Below, piece after piece: positions 33,001 through 44,685 of a stretch of DNA of 64,000 bases. Every line of letters starts with the position of its first letter. Position 1 is the first letter of the stretch. The stretch covers positions 4,216,001 through 4,280,000 of the forward strand of contig OZ024742.1 in the NCBI GenBank assembly GCA_964016885.1, given 5' to 3'. Position numbers and translations under genes: made by a program. The notes below the pieces were generated by a model. That model did no database searches, had not been told where the DNA came from, and worked only from the letters and a program-made list of their open reading frames with translations. This DNA comes from Eledone cirrhosa. Its lineage: Eukaryota.

Positions 33001-35908
33001 ACTACATCATACCCCTAACATGGACTGACAGAACACTGGTCAAACAAGAAACTACATCATACCCATAACATGGAATGACAAAACACTGGTCAAGCCAAAA
33101 AGTACATCATACCCATAACATGGACTGACCTAACACTGGTCGAACAAGAAATTACATCATACCCATAACATGGACTGACATAACACTGGTCAAACAAGAA
33201 ACTACATCATACCCATAACATGGACTGGCAGAACACTGGTCAAACCAGAAACTACGCCATACCCATAACATAGACTGTCAGAACACTGGTCAAACTAGAA
33301 ACTACATCATACCCATAACATGGACTGTCAGAACACTGGTCAAACCAGAAACTACCTGATACCCATAACATGGAGTGACATAACACTGGTCAAACCAGAA
33401 ACTACATCATACCCATAACATGGACTGACAGAACACTGGTCAAACCAGAAACTACATCATACCCCTAACATGGACTGACAGAACACTGGTCAAACAAGAA
33501 ATTACATCATACCCCTAACATGGACTGACAGAACACTAGTCAAACCAGAAACTACATCATACCCATAATATAGACTGACAGAACACTGGTCAAACCAGAA
33601 ACTACGCCATACCCATAACATAGACTGTCAGAACACTGTTTAAACCAGAAACTACATCATACCCATAACATGGACTGACAGAACACTGGTCAAACAAGAA
33701 ATTACATCATACCCATAACATGGACTGACATAACACTGGTCAAACAAGAAACTACATCATACCCATAACATGGACTGACAGAACACTGGTCAAACCAGAA
33801 ACTACATCATACCCCTAACATGGACTGACAGAACACTGGTCAAACAAGAAATTACATCATACCCCTAACATGGACTGACAGAACACTAGTCAAACCAGAA
33901 ACTACATCATACCCATAATATAGACTGACAGAACACTGGTCAAACCAGAAACTAGTCCATACCCATAACATGGACCTGACAGAACACTGGTCAAACCAGA
34001 AACTAGGCCATACCCATAACATAGACTGACAGAACACTGGTCAAACAAGAAACTACATCATACCCATAATATGGACTGACATAACACTGGTCAAACCAGA
34101 AACTAGGTCATACCCATAACATAGACTGACAGAACACTGGTCAAACCAGAAACTACATCATACCCATAACATGGACTGACAGAACACTGGTCAAACCAGA
34201 AACTACATCATACCTATAACATGGACTGACAGAACACTGGTCAAACCAGAAACTACATCATACCCATAACATAGACTGACAGAACACTGGTCAAACCAGA
34301 AACTACATCATACCCATAACATGGTCTGACAGAACACTGGTCAAACCAGAAACTAGGCCATACCCATAACATGGACCTGACATAACACTGGTCAAACCAG
34401 AAACTAGGCCATACCCATAACATAGACTTACAGAACACTGGTCAAACAAGAAACTACATCATACCCCTAACATGGACTGAAATAACACTGGTCAAACCAG
34501 AAACTACGTTATACCCATAACATGGACTGACAGAACACTGGTCAAACCAGAAACTACATCATACCCATAACATGGACTGACATAACACTGGTCAAACAAG
34601 AAACTAGGCCATACCCATAACATGGACTGACATAACACTAGTCAAACCAGAAACTAGCACATACCCATAACATGGACTGACATAACACTGGTCAAACTAG
34701 AAACTACATCATACCCATAACATGGACTGACAGAACACTGGTCAAACAAGAAATTACATCATACCCATAACATGAACTGACATAACACTGGTAAAACCAG
34801 AAACTACATCATACCCATAACATGGACTGACAGAACACTGGTCAAACCAGAAACTACATCATACCCATAACATAGACTGTCAGAACACTGGTCAAACAAG
34901 AAATTACATCATACCCATAACATGGACTGACATAACACTGGTCAAACCAGAAACTACATCATACCCATAACATGGACTGAAATAACACTGGTCAAACCAG
35001 AAACTAGGACATACCCATAACATAGACTGACAGAACACTGGTCAAACCAGAAACTAGTCCATACCCATAACATGGACCTGACAGAACACTGGTCAAACCA
35101 GAAACTAGGCCATACCCATAACATAGACTGACAGAACACTGGTCAAACAAGAAACTACATCATACCCATAACATGGACTGACATAACACTGGTCAAACCA
35201 GAAACTAGGTCATACCCATAACATAGACTGACAGAACACTGGTCAAACCAGAAACTACATCATACCCATAACATGGACTGACAGAACACTGGTCAAACCA
35301 GAAACTACATCATACCTATAACATGGACTGACAGAACACTGGTCAAACAAGAAATTACATCATACCCATAACATGGACTGACATAACACTGGTCAAACCA
35401 GAAACTACATCATACCCCTAACATGGACTGACAGAACACTGGTCAAACAAGAAATTACATCATACCCATAACATGGACTGACAGAACACTGGTCAAACAA
35501 GAAATTACATCATACCCATAACATGGACTGACAGAACACTGGTCAAACCAGAAACTACATCATACCCATAACATGGACTGACAGAACACTGGTCAAACAA
35601 GAAATTACATCATACCCATAACATGGACTGACAGAACACTGGTCAAACCAGAAACTACGCCATACTCATAACATAGACTGTCAGAACACTGGTCAAACAA
35701 GAAATTACATCATACCCATAACATGGACTGACAGAACACTGGTCAAACAAGAAATTACATCATACCCATAACATGGACTGACAGAACACTGGTCAAACCA
35801 GAAACTACATCATACCCATAACATGGACTGACAGAACACTGGTCAAACCAGAAACTAGGCCATACCCATAACATGGACTGACAGAACACTGGTCAAACCA
35901 GAAACTAG
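1..35908 (+). repeat. 50-bp tandem satellite array, ~718 monomers, consensus AACCAGAAACTACATCATACCCATAACATGGACTGACAGAACACTGGTCA
   Basis: Uninterrupted 50-nt periodicity, all monomers in one orientation. Occasional 51-mers (GGACCTGAC), one 49-mer (~8310) and two 38-mers (~10141, ~11331). Ends at ...CAAACCAGAAACTAG. Confidence 0.99.
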
Positions 35909-36839
35909 AAACTTCATGAATTTAATGACAATCTCAAGTACACTTGGCACGTTTGTAGACGGAGAGACGGCGAATGGAAACAAACTGGAAAATATTGACA
36001 TAGGAAGGTGACATCCTCTGTAAACAGGACAATCAAATCAGTGGTGTGGGCCTCTTCGTAAACAGAAACATCAGGCATGAGCATCAGATGTGTCTTTTGG
36101 AATTGCGTCCATTATCTAGCATGCATAATAGCATTGATCTGAATACAGCTCCACTTAACAACACACTGGTACGATTGTAAATTCCTACATCAGACTATCA
36201 TGATGAGGACATTATAGGAATTTGACCTCCAACTGCAAAGTATCCGACATGGTGGCAATCAGAAGGATATGCTGGTTATACAAGGTTATTGGAATACAAA
36301 AGTTGGTGTTGATGTGTCGTAATATTGGAACGATTACAGTGGCCTACACATCGAATGAATGAGGACTGTATTTACTGGAATTCTCTAGCTTCAGTATAAT
36401 GATGCTATTTGACACACGTGGAAAGCACGAGGTATTTGGTTGTTTGACATGGCATGCACTCGACAGAGTACGTCACAACCAAGTTGATCATATATTGATG
36501 CAGAATTACTTCAGAACAGGAATCAACTTAGTAAAAACCAGGACCTTCCCAGGATCGGGCTGACATTGGAAGCGATCAGAACCTAGTGATTATGAAGCTC
36601 ACAGTGAGGCTAAACACAACAAAGCCCCCCATCCCATCCCCATGGCAAAATTCAACCAGGACAAACTCATATCACCCCCACCCCCATTAGAAATATCTTC
36701 CAGTTACTATAGGGGAAAGTCTTCTCAACTGTGGCCGCTTGACCGAGAAGATGCCACTGACGCTGAAACCTTAACATTCAATACAATGATAGTTGAGTCA
36801 GCAAATGGTATACTGGGGATCTTACGTATACGGGACTAA
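35861..36839 (+). pseudogene. Decayed RTE-clade LINE: apurinic endonuclease (APE) domain and following linker
   Basis: Translation across frameshifts and stops gives KLE..HEF..KYTWHV..EWKQTG, SGVGLFVNRNI, ELRPLSS, IPTSDYHDEDI, KDMLVIQGYWNTKVG, TWHALDRVRHNQVDHIL, KTRTFPG..DIGSDQNLV and FNTMIVESANGILG, collinear with RTE APE motifs (GDWNAKVG, NQIDYIL, SDH). Confidence 0.88.
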
Positions 36840-36840
36840 C

Positions 36841-36950
36841 GAAAAATGAAGTGATTTCCTCAAAAGCACAACACACAACCCATCCCAGGAATCGAACCCC
36901 CGACATTATAATCGTAAGTCCAACACCCTTACCACTAAACCTCATGCCAC
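36841..36950 (-). mobile_element. tRNA-derived SINE head
   Basis: Minus strand GTGGCATGAGGTTTAGTGGTAAGGGTGTTGGAC...GGTTCGATTCCTGGG has Pol III A-box-like and B-box (GGTTCGATTCC) motifs. It abuts the end of the RTE remnant. Confidence 0.7.
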
Positions 36951-37087
36951 AACTAATCTATAAATTACACATAATAGATTAGATGTTGGCTTCTTGTCTA
37001 TACAGGTCCTCATTGTTGGTGGATATTTCACCATATGATCTGATATATCATTAAGTTTTCAACTGTATTGTGTGAATTAATATTATA

Positions 37088-37150
37088 TGGAGAGGAGGCG
37101 AATTGACAGGACCGTTAGGGGATCAGGTTAAATACATCGGTATTTCTTAC
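37088..37150 (+). mobile_element. Degraded SINE head fragment
   Basis: GAGGCGAATTGACAGGACCGTTAG...CGGTATTTC resembles the reverse complement of the heads of the SINE copies at 37750-37906 and 39748-39880. Confidence 0.35.
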
Positions 37151-37749
37151 GGCTTACACACACACATACACACACAGAGCTGTCTTCCAGTTGGCCGACT
37201 GATTTATATCTACTTAGGTCAATGCGAACTTTCGTCAACTCGCGCCTATCTTTCAAGAACAATGAAATAGATACATTCTAAGGCGGTATTGATGTCAATA
37301 CTATTGTCGAACGACGCGAGGATATACAGGCGTTAAACATGTGTGTGAGTGTAAAGGGGTGAAGTAGATATATGTGGACGGACGTGTGCGTGCGTGCATG
37401 AGTGTGTGTGTGTGAGAGAGAGAAACGGTGTACGGTACAATAATTAGCTTACTGGAATAAAGTAAATACATAGAACGATATGCTCCACTAAACAGCATTC
37501 AAGGCGATCGTTGAACACGGGTGCAGTGTTTAGACTAAAACATGTATAAGAATATATTACTATTTTTCTTTTTGACCCGTAACTCCTGATCTAATCGTAG
37601 GGGCGGAATATTGACATACCCTTGGGTTTCTTGGATATTTATTGAGCCTGATGGCGCCCATCTCCTTCCCATACCTGCCCACAAGAGATTTCTTTCAGAG
37701 AAGGAAAGGGCGAGTGATATAATGGAAGTGATAATGACATATAGAGGAA

Positions 37750-37906
37750 GAAAAGACCTCCAGTAGTGGACTGGTACTTTATATAACGACCTTGAATGCA
37801 TGAAAGGTAAAGTAGACCTCGGCGTAATGGGAACTCAGAGAGCCGGAACGAATACTGTATGTAAACCACTATAGGATATTCTAATGACTGCCAATTCGCC
37901 TTCTTA
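37750..37906 (-). mobile_element. SINE copy (octopus-type family)
   Basis: GACTGGTACTT...ATGAAAGGTAAAGTAGACCTCGGC...GAACTCAG...CTGCCAATTCGCC is collinear with the copy at 39748-39880 and resembles recalled octopus SINE sequence. Confidence 0.6.
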
Positions 37907-38505
37907 TTAGAATGTGTGTGTGTGTGTGTTTGTATGTGTGTATGGGTGTGTGTGTGTGTGGGGGGGGTTACATAAATAGGGGGATTGTCTCTAGACGATA
38001 TTTCTCCTCCAATAATGACTAACCACAATTATCTGTAATGTGTTTAACAGCCACACGAGAGATTTATAACACCTACAAATGATGACATACGACGACCAAT
38101 ATCTGGTAACTGGCGTCTGATGAATGTATCCTCGTTAATATATATATATATATATATATATACATTGTATATAATATATATATTAAATAATTATGTGTGT
38201 ACTATGCAGCTGAAATATATAATTCATATCTGTACAAGACTGCAGGTCGATGCGCAATCAACGAAGAAATAGGCAATCAGATGCTTTATATACCAATTAC
38301 ACGGAGGAATTGGTTTGTAAATGATGGGGTCTGGTTCTGATAATCTCAACAAAGATCAAAACTCGAATCAACTTTTTGGTTTTATGCTACGTTCCTAATA
38401 TATGCATTTACTTCTGTATACTAGATTGCAGCTTAATGAACAATCTTCCATCAGAAATATACTTCTCATTCTACATGTCTTATGTTCCTTCGGAATTCCT
38501 GGATT

Positions 38506-38507
<2 letters not shown>

Positions 38508-38589
<82 letters not shown>

Positions 38590-38594
38590 ATATA
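38508..38594. repeat. (TA)n microsatellite
   Basis: Direct read. Confidence 0.95.
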
Positions 38595-38807
38595 TAGGAA
38601 AATGTTTAATCCCGGCGGAGGAGCTCAAGCCGTTTCGACGGCTATTTCTGGACTCCGGCTATTTCTGCGTCCAGAAATAGCCGTCGAACCAGCGGCTTGA
38701 GCTCTGCCGTCGGGGTTAAACATTTTTCTATTACCCACTCTACTACCCTAAGTATTGAGTACTCTCGTGCGTTATGATCCATCTGGTTCCTTACCACATT
38801 TCCTTCG

Positions 38808-38808
<1 letters not shown>
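38595..38808 (+). mobile_element. Fold-back interspersed repeat, copy 1 (probable PLE terminal-repeat remnant)
   Basis: Inverted arms ~38595-38653 and ~38669-38730, then a unique tail TTACCCACTCTACTACCCTAAGTATTGAGTAC...CCACATTTCCTTCGT shared with 41013-41215. Flanked by (TA)n. Confidence 0.7.

Positions 38809-38891
<83 letters not shown>
38809..38891. repeat. (TA)n microsatellite
   Basis: Direct read. Confidence 0.95.
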
Positions 38892-38984
38892 AGACGTGTG
38901 TGTGTGTGTTTGCATGTATAATTATTTATATGCATATATGAATGTATATTTTCGGATATTTGTGTCTGTGTATGTATGTATGTC

Positions 38985-39017
<33 letters not shown>

Positions 39018-39747
39018 ACATGGTTGTGTGCATGCACACACACACAAGCATAAATACACTCCACGATAACGTACGCACACACACACACACACAGAAAACT
39101 TCGAAGCAAACGTATCCACACAGTAGCTTAAACTCAATAAATGAACCTACACACATACATAACTATTTCACATGGCCACGCTCCGCTGCTATCTTTAACA
39201 ACCCAATCAATTCCTCTTCAAATTTCTATTTTATTTCATCATTTCTTTAAAGAACTTCATTTTTGTTTTTCATTTTTTCCTTTACATTGATTAGAATCTA
39301 GTTTCGTTTTTTTTTACTAAGTCAACAGTACATGTGGCGCCCCCTATGGAACACTCTCAATCCAATATGGCCGTTTTATACATCTCTCTTTTTTTAACTC
39401 ATTTTCGTTTGGTATTTTATGATACTTTTTTACCGTTGATGTATATGTTAGTAATGGTGTCTTTGACGTTATTGATGTTGGAATTGTAGCTATAGTTGTA
39501 TGTGTTGTGGTTATTTACATTGTAATGTTTATAGTAGATGTGGTGTTTGTAGTTGTTCTAGTCATTATTGTATTAGTTGCATTTGTAATGATGCATGTTC
39601 CCGTAACTCCCGGGAGAGTCGGAGGGTCCCGGTATTAACATACAGCCTTTCTAAGGCATTTTTAAAACCTGACAAAGCCCATCCCTCACCAGGTCTAAAT
39701 GTAGCAGATTTATTCCAGAATGGAAATGAGAAAGAGATATATAGAAA

Positions 39748-39880
39748 GAATCGACCCCCATTACTTTACTGATACTTGTTTATCCATCTCCAGAGAATGA
39801 AAGCCAAAGTTTAACACCAACAAGACAGCTGAAACGAATACTTCGTCATTCTTTCCGACTCTGCTAATTCACCGTCTTTT
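39748..39880 (-). mobile_element. SINE copy (same family as 37750-37906)
   Basis: AATCGACCCCCATTACTTTACTGATACTTG...GAATGAAAGCCAAAGT...CTCTGCTAATTCACCGTC. Confidence 0.55.
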
Positions 39881-39905
39881 TTTAATGATATTAGTAGTAA
39901 TATTC

Positions 39906-39911
39906 GTTGTT

Positions 39912-40005
<94 letters not shown>

Positions 40006-40030
40006 TAGTAGCAGTAGTAGTAGTAGTAGC

Positions 40031-40107
<77 letters not shown>

Positions 40108-40201
40108 TAGTAATAGGAGTAGCAGTAGTAGTAGCAGCAGCAACAGTAGTAGTAGTAGTTACAGCAGCAGTAGTAGTAGTAGTAGTAGTAGTAGTAGCAC
40201 C

Positions 40202-40262
<61 letters not shown>

Positions 40263-40293
40263 ACAGCAGCAGCAGCAGCAGCAGCAGTAGCAG
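39906..40293. repeat. Compound (TAG)n/(CAG)n microsatellite
   Basis: Direct read. It generates the poly-L/T/V/Y ORFs in the track. Confidence 0.95.
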
Positions 40294-40877
40294 TTACCAT
40301 TGCTGTACATTGATTACTTAACTATGTCCACTTAGTGACTTTAACTGATTACTCTATTATCTCTCTTCCTGACAACATTTCATTCTTTGTCTGTCAAATT
40401 TGTGCAGGAATTGATATTTTCATCTGCAAACGTATTAACATGTATAGAACTTTCTTAGCAGCCAATATAACTTCATTCTCTGAATACAATGACCGAGAGA
40501 TATTATTACCTCTCGACTGTATTCGCTTGAATCAACAGTTGAGTAAGAACTATTATACATTTGCTGTATTGAGAACAAAATACAATAGAAGCACATCATT
40601 AAAGTTACATTTGCATTGATGACAAAAAACGTAAAAGCAATTTATTCTGTATTATATATATATATGTATATATATGTATATGTATATATACGTATATGTA
40701 TATATATGTATATATATGTATATGTATATATATATATACATTTGTCAGGTATTGTTTTTTGTCCTGCAGGGTGAGCAAAATCTCTCTATATATATATAAA
40801 ATCTCTATATATATGTTCCAAGGCTCTGATACCATCAACACAATAAACACAGAGCTGGCATATCTAAGAACTGACTA

Positions 40878-40933
40878 ACTGCCTGATGAGGTCATAGCCA
40901 TTCAATGGCTATCATCGAAATATATATAGCAGT
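40878..40933 (+). ncRNA. Minimal type I hammerhead ribozyme (PLE-type)
   Basis: ACTGC-CTGATGA-[GGTCATAGCCA ttcaa TGGCTATCATC]-GAAA-TATATA-TA-GCAGT. Stems I and II pair, stem III is palindromic, and AATAAA follows immediately. Confidence 0.85.
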
Positions 40934-40974
40934 AAATAAAGGATTATGAGTTCATGCAATTGATTTATGTTTCG

Positions 40975-41012
<38 letters not shown>

Positions 41013-41016
<4 letters not shown>

Positions 41017-41214
41017 AACAAGTAAGACCCCGAAGGCTGAGCTCAAGTCGTTTCGACGGCTAATTCAGTCCAGAATCAGTCCAGAATTAGCCGTCGAAAC
41101 GGCTTGAGCTCAGCCGTCGGGGTCTTACTTGTTCCTATTACCCACTCTACTACCCTAAGTATTGAGTACTTTGGTGCATTATGGTCCACCTGGTTCCTTA
41201 CCACATTTCCTTCG

Positions 41215-41215
<1 letters not shown>
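41013..41215 (+). mobile_element. Fold-back interspersed repeat, copy 2
   Basis: Inverted arms ~41013-41066 and ~41083-41137, same tail as 38595-38808, flanked by (TA)n. Confidence 0.7.
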
Positions 41216-41277
<62 letters not shown>

Positions 41278-41319
41278 TATATATGTATGTATGTATGTAT
41301 ATATATGTATCTATGTATA

Positions 41320-41895
41320 CAACCTGTAGCATGGTCGGGTCGTCGGCGACTAAACCGGGAACCCCACCAAGTTTACTTGGTGAGGAGGGTGATTTTTCGA
41401 CCCCCTGCAGGACAAAAAACAATACCTGGCAAAGGACGGAAGAACTCATAAGAGTCAACGGCCATACAAATGTGTGTAAATATGTATATACACATGTACA
41501 TATGTATGTATATGTATATGTGTATATACATGGGTGCATGTGTATGTATATGCGCAGGGACATAGAAATAGTCGGGTTGGACACCCGATCACGCGGTTAA
41601 ACCACTGGGAGTAAAGGACCCCTAGCCTTTGTCAGGGCATTCTTCTAGGAGAAGGCAACTCAGGAAACTGGGATAGTTCCGATATAAAACCTGAGGCTCA
41701 GTAGTTACCGATGATGTTGATCTTTTCTTCTTTTCGGGTTATAGCTACTGTCGCTTAGAGAGTGGGATTGGCTCAGTGCACAGTCTGTCCTCACTTTAAA
41801 AATTATTTTCACGCACAGGCATTGCACGATAGAATTAATTAATAATGGTATACCGTCGAATGGCCATACTCGATAACGAGGGGGCAGCCATCATG
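41320..41895. mobile_element. Non-coding interspersed repeat fragments, possibly LINE (RTE) UTR-derived
   Basis: GC-richer islands within TA-rich DNA. TCTAGGAGAAGGCAACTC (~41644) resembles a motif recalled from RTE 5' UTRs. Confidence 0.3.
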
Positions 41896-42036
41896 TATGT
41901 ATATAGAGAGACTGTTGAGAAGTCACACGAGTTGATATATATAATAATAAAGAAGAAAAAAAAAAACAGTGTAAAATGCTAATGGGATTTTCTCATAGAA
42001 TAACAGCAAAAAATTTATTTACAAAAAAGGAATTTA

Positions 42037-42075
42037 TTGTACCGGTTTCAGCCACGCGGGCTTCTTCATGCTACA
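42037..42075 (-). ncRNA. Degenerate hammerhead-like motif
   Basis: Minus strand: TGTAGC-ATGAAGA-AGCC cgcgt GGCT-GAAA-CCGG-TA-CAATAAA. C3 is mutated and the 3' strand of stem I is lost. Confidence 0.45.
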
Positions 42076-42317
42076 GAAGTGTATAATAACATTTATAATG
42101 GAGTTAAGTTGTATAGTAATAGGAATATAGTATAAAATAACATGGTTTACATACATATATATGGAAGAGTTCACATATTTGTTTATCGCTTTCTCGCTTT
42201 CTCTCCTTCTTTGTGGTGCTGACTATAGCTGCAGCAATGGTAGTGAGAGTAGCAGAGGAGGACTACCTCGTTCTATGTTATTGGTGTTGACCTCGACTGT
42301 TGTGGTAGTAGTAGAGG

Positions 42318-42411
42318 GGAAGAAGAAGAAGAAGAAGAAGAAGAAGAAGAAGAAGAAGAAGAAGAAGAAGAAGAAGAAGAAGAAGAAGAAGAAGAAGAAG
42401 AAGAAGAAGAA
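42318..42411. repeat. (GAA)n microsatellite
   Basis: Direct read. Confidence 0.95.
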
Positions 42412-42920
42412 GGGGAGAGGTGTTGTAGTAATAAAAGGGGTGTAGCAAAGAAGGAAGGGAAAGACGAAGAAGGGGTGGGCGAAGCAGAAGGGGGCGATGG
42501 GAGGTGTAGTAATAATAGTATCACTATTAATAGTAGTAAAGGTAGCTGTTCATGGGACTGACAAAAATGGTTGAATGATCTTAAAGTTGACTGAGGGAGT
42601 AATTCTAAATATATCTTAGTATATCTCGTTATACATATAGTTATGTGTAATAACCCTGATTCTTTTCTTTTCATCTCTCAAAACGTATATAAAATCTCTC
42701 ATTGTGTATTTTTTTATATATTTTTACCTCTATCAATAAGTTACTTTCATTGTAATCCTTGGTTTTTTTCAGTTTTTTTTTTATTTCTTTTTTTCATTTT
42801 ATTTTTCATTGTTAATTTTGGGTGATAATGAGGATATTAACTAATTGTTTGATTACATTTTCAGGCTCCACACTTTAGGATATATTCTTTATTTACTTAA
42901 AACAAGATTTTAACCATGAT

Positions 42921-43090
42921 TTTTTATTTTAATTTCTATTTTTCATTCATATTGCTAACTTTAATTTCTATTGCAACAACATAATATCTGGACCATGGAA
43001 ATAGAATCATTCCATTATCCAGATATTATGTTGTTGCAATGGAAATTAAAGTTAGCAATACGAATGAAAAATAGAAATTAAAATAAAAAA
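42921..43090. repeat. ~72-bp-arm inverted repeat at the 5' junction of the PLE remnant
   Basis: Arms 42921-42992 and 43018-43090 are near-perfect reverse complements around a ~25-nt spacer. Confidence 0.9.
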
Positions 43091-44530
43091 TACTACCCCT
43101 ACCACAAGCCCAACGAGAAACTGGTATATGTTAACGCCAAGTCAAACCACCCTAGATCCATAATTAAGGCCACAGTGAAGAGTGTCGCGGACAGGATCTC
43201 CAGCCTGTCCGCAAATAAGGAAATCTTCGATAGCGACTCAGAATATTACAACGCAGCTCTAAATAAGGCGGCGCATGGCCAAAATATATCATACAATCCG
43301 AGGCGCCATGATGGGGATGGCCCACTGGACACCCCGACCCATGGTATCCAGGAGGGGGGGAACCTTAACAATACAAGAAGAGTGGAAACAACTAAACACC
43401 ATGAGCCCGACACCACCACATTAGCGAGGGGGACGCGTACGCATAACCATGGGAGGAAACCCAATACGAGTAGCGGTCTTAGGGGTGATACTAACCACCC
43501 CGGGCCCGTCGCTCCCAACCGCAAGACACGAGGAGGGACTGATTGAGGACCATCCCATTGTAGAGCTCCCAGCGTAGGCAACAACCACCCCACAGATACG
43601 GGCCGTGAAGTTAGCAAAACACATAGCGCCCAAAGGGGAAGCAGCAATGCGGGAACCACTAGCAACCCAACAACTCCCCAACAGCCCACGGCACGCTCAA
43701 CCCACCCATATAGGAGTAGACGCAGAAAAATCACGTGGTACAACCCACCCTACTCAGCGGCCCTAAAGAACAGCTTGGCCCGCTCATTCTTTAGAGCACT
43801 AGATAAATGCTTCCCGAGGGACCATAGATACCTCAAGATCTTCAACAAACACACTGTGAAGCTCTCGTATTCTACCACGCGAAATGTGGCCCAGCACATA
43901 GCTAGCATCAATAGGGGTAGACTTAAAAACCACACACAACCAGAAGCTGACAATAAAAGCATCCAGCAGAACCATGTGGAGGGAAAGAAGGGTGGACCCA
44001 GCGCCCACCCTGGAAACCCAAACAGACCCAGGGACCCCCACTGGACCCGGGTGTGGACCACCATATAACACGTAACGGGAACCCCACCCTAAGCACGCGG
44101 AGGTCGACAACCTCCTGCAACTGCAGAAACCCCGAATTATGCCCCCTTAGTAATGAATGCCTTAGGAAGAACTTAATATACGGATGTAGAGTAAAAACCC
44201 CCAACTCTGAACACCTTTACATAGAAGCCACATAAACGAGCTTTAAAGACGGAGGGTATAACCATCGCCATTCCTTTAATAGGGAGGACAAAAGGAAAAG
44301 TACGGTTCTTTTCGAACTGATCTGGAAGCTGAAGCTGGACAGGACTCCGTACTCTCTGGTCTGGTCGAAAATCAGGAAAGTACCACTTGATAAAGGGGGA
44401 TCTGGCATCTGCAAACTATGTCTGCGCGAGACCCTCCAGATACTCAGAGGTGGAAGCAGCCTGATAAACCTACCTCAGGACTGACCTCTTCGGGACATGT
44501 AGGCACCTCAGAGCCGGGACCTTCCTCAAG
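43091..44530 (+). pseudogene. PLE RT thumb, linker and GIY-YIG endonuclease remnant
   Basis: YYPYHKPNEKLVYVNAKSNHP, RKITWYNPPYS, KIFNKHTVKLSYS, CNCRNPELCPLSNECL (CxCx5C), LIY..LYIE, YNHRHSF, CKLCLRE, CRH. Premature TGA at 43544, frameshift ~44060, TAA at 44233. Confidence 0.88.
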
Positions 44531-44685
44531 CTATATGGACAGTAACAACACATTGGGATGGGAACTTCCCTCAAGCTATAGGGACTTCTCCGGGACATGT
44601 AGACACCTCAGGGCCGGGACCTTCCTCAAGCTATATGGACAATAACAACACATTGGGATGGGAACTTCCTTCTAGCTATAAGGAC
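44488..44685 (+). repeat. 100-bp tandem duplication at the end of the PLE ORF
   Basis: CGGGACATGTAG...GGGAACTTCC..AGCTATA starts at 44491 and again at 44591. Confidence 0.9.

Noticed and set aside
160-35139. Twenty near-identical 61-64-aa minus-strand ORFs (MFCQSMLWVW...)
   Set aside because: They arise only where a length-variant monomer shifts the frame past the stops of the satellite. They are artefacts, useful only as markers.
1-35908. CRISPR-like array with a variable segment
   Set aside because: No unique spacers (only a 4-nt variable site), no cas genes, eukaryotic context.
36841-36950. tRNA gene
   Set aside because: A and B boxes are present but there is no acceptor stem or cloverleaf, and it continues into SINE body sequence.
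38110-38140. CTGATGA core at ~38117 (and CTGATGG at ~46096)
   Set aside because: No downstream stem II/GAAA/UH arrangement.
39811-40313. Poly-L/T/V/Y ORFs, and the YI, CV, TH and poly-K/S ORFs elsewhere
   Set aside because: Translations of microsatellites.
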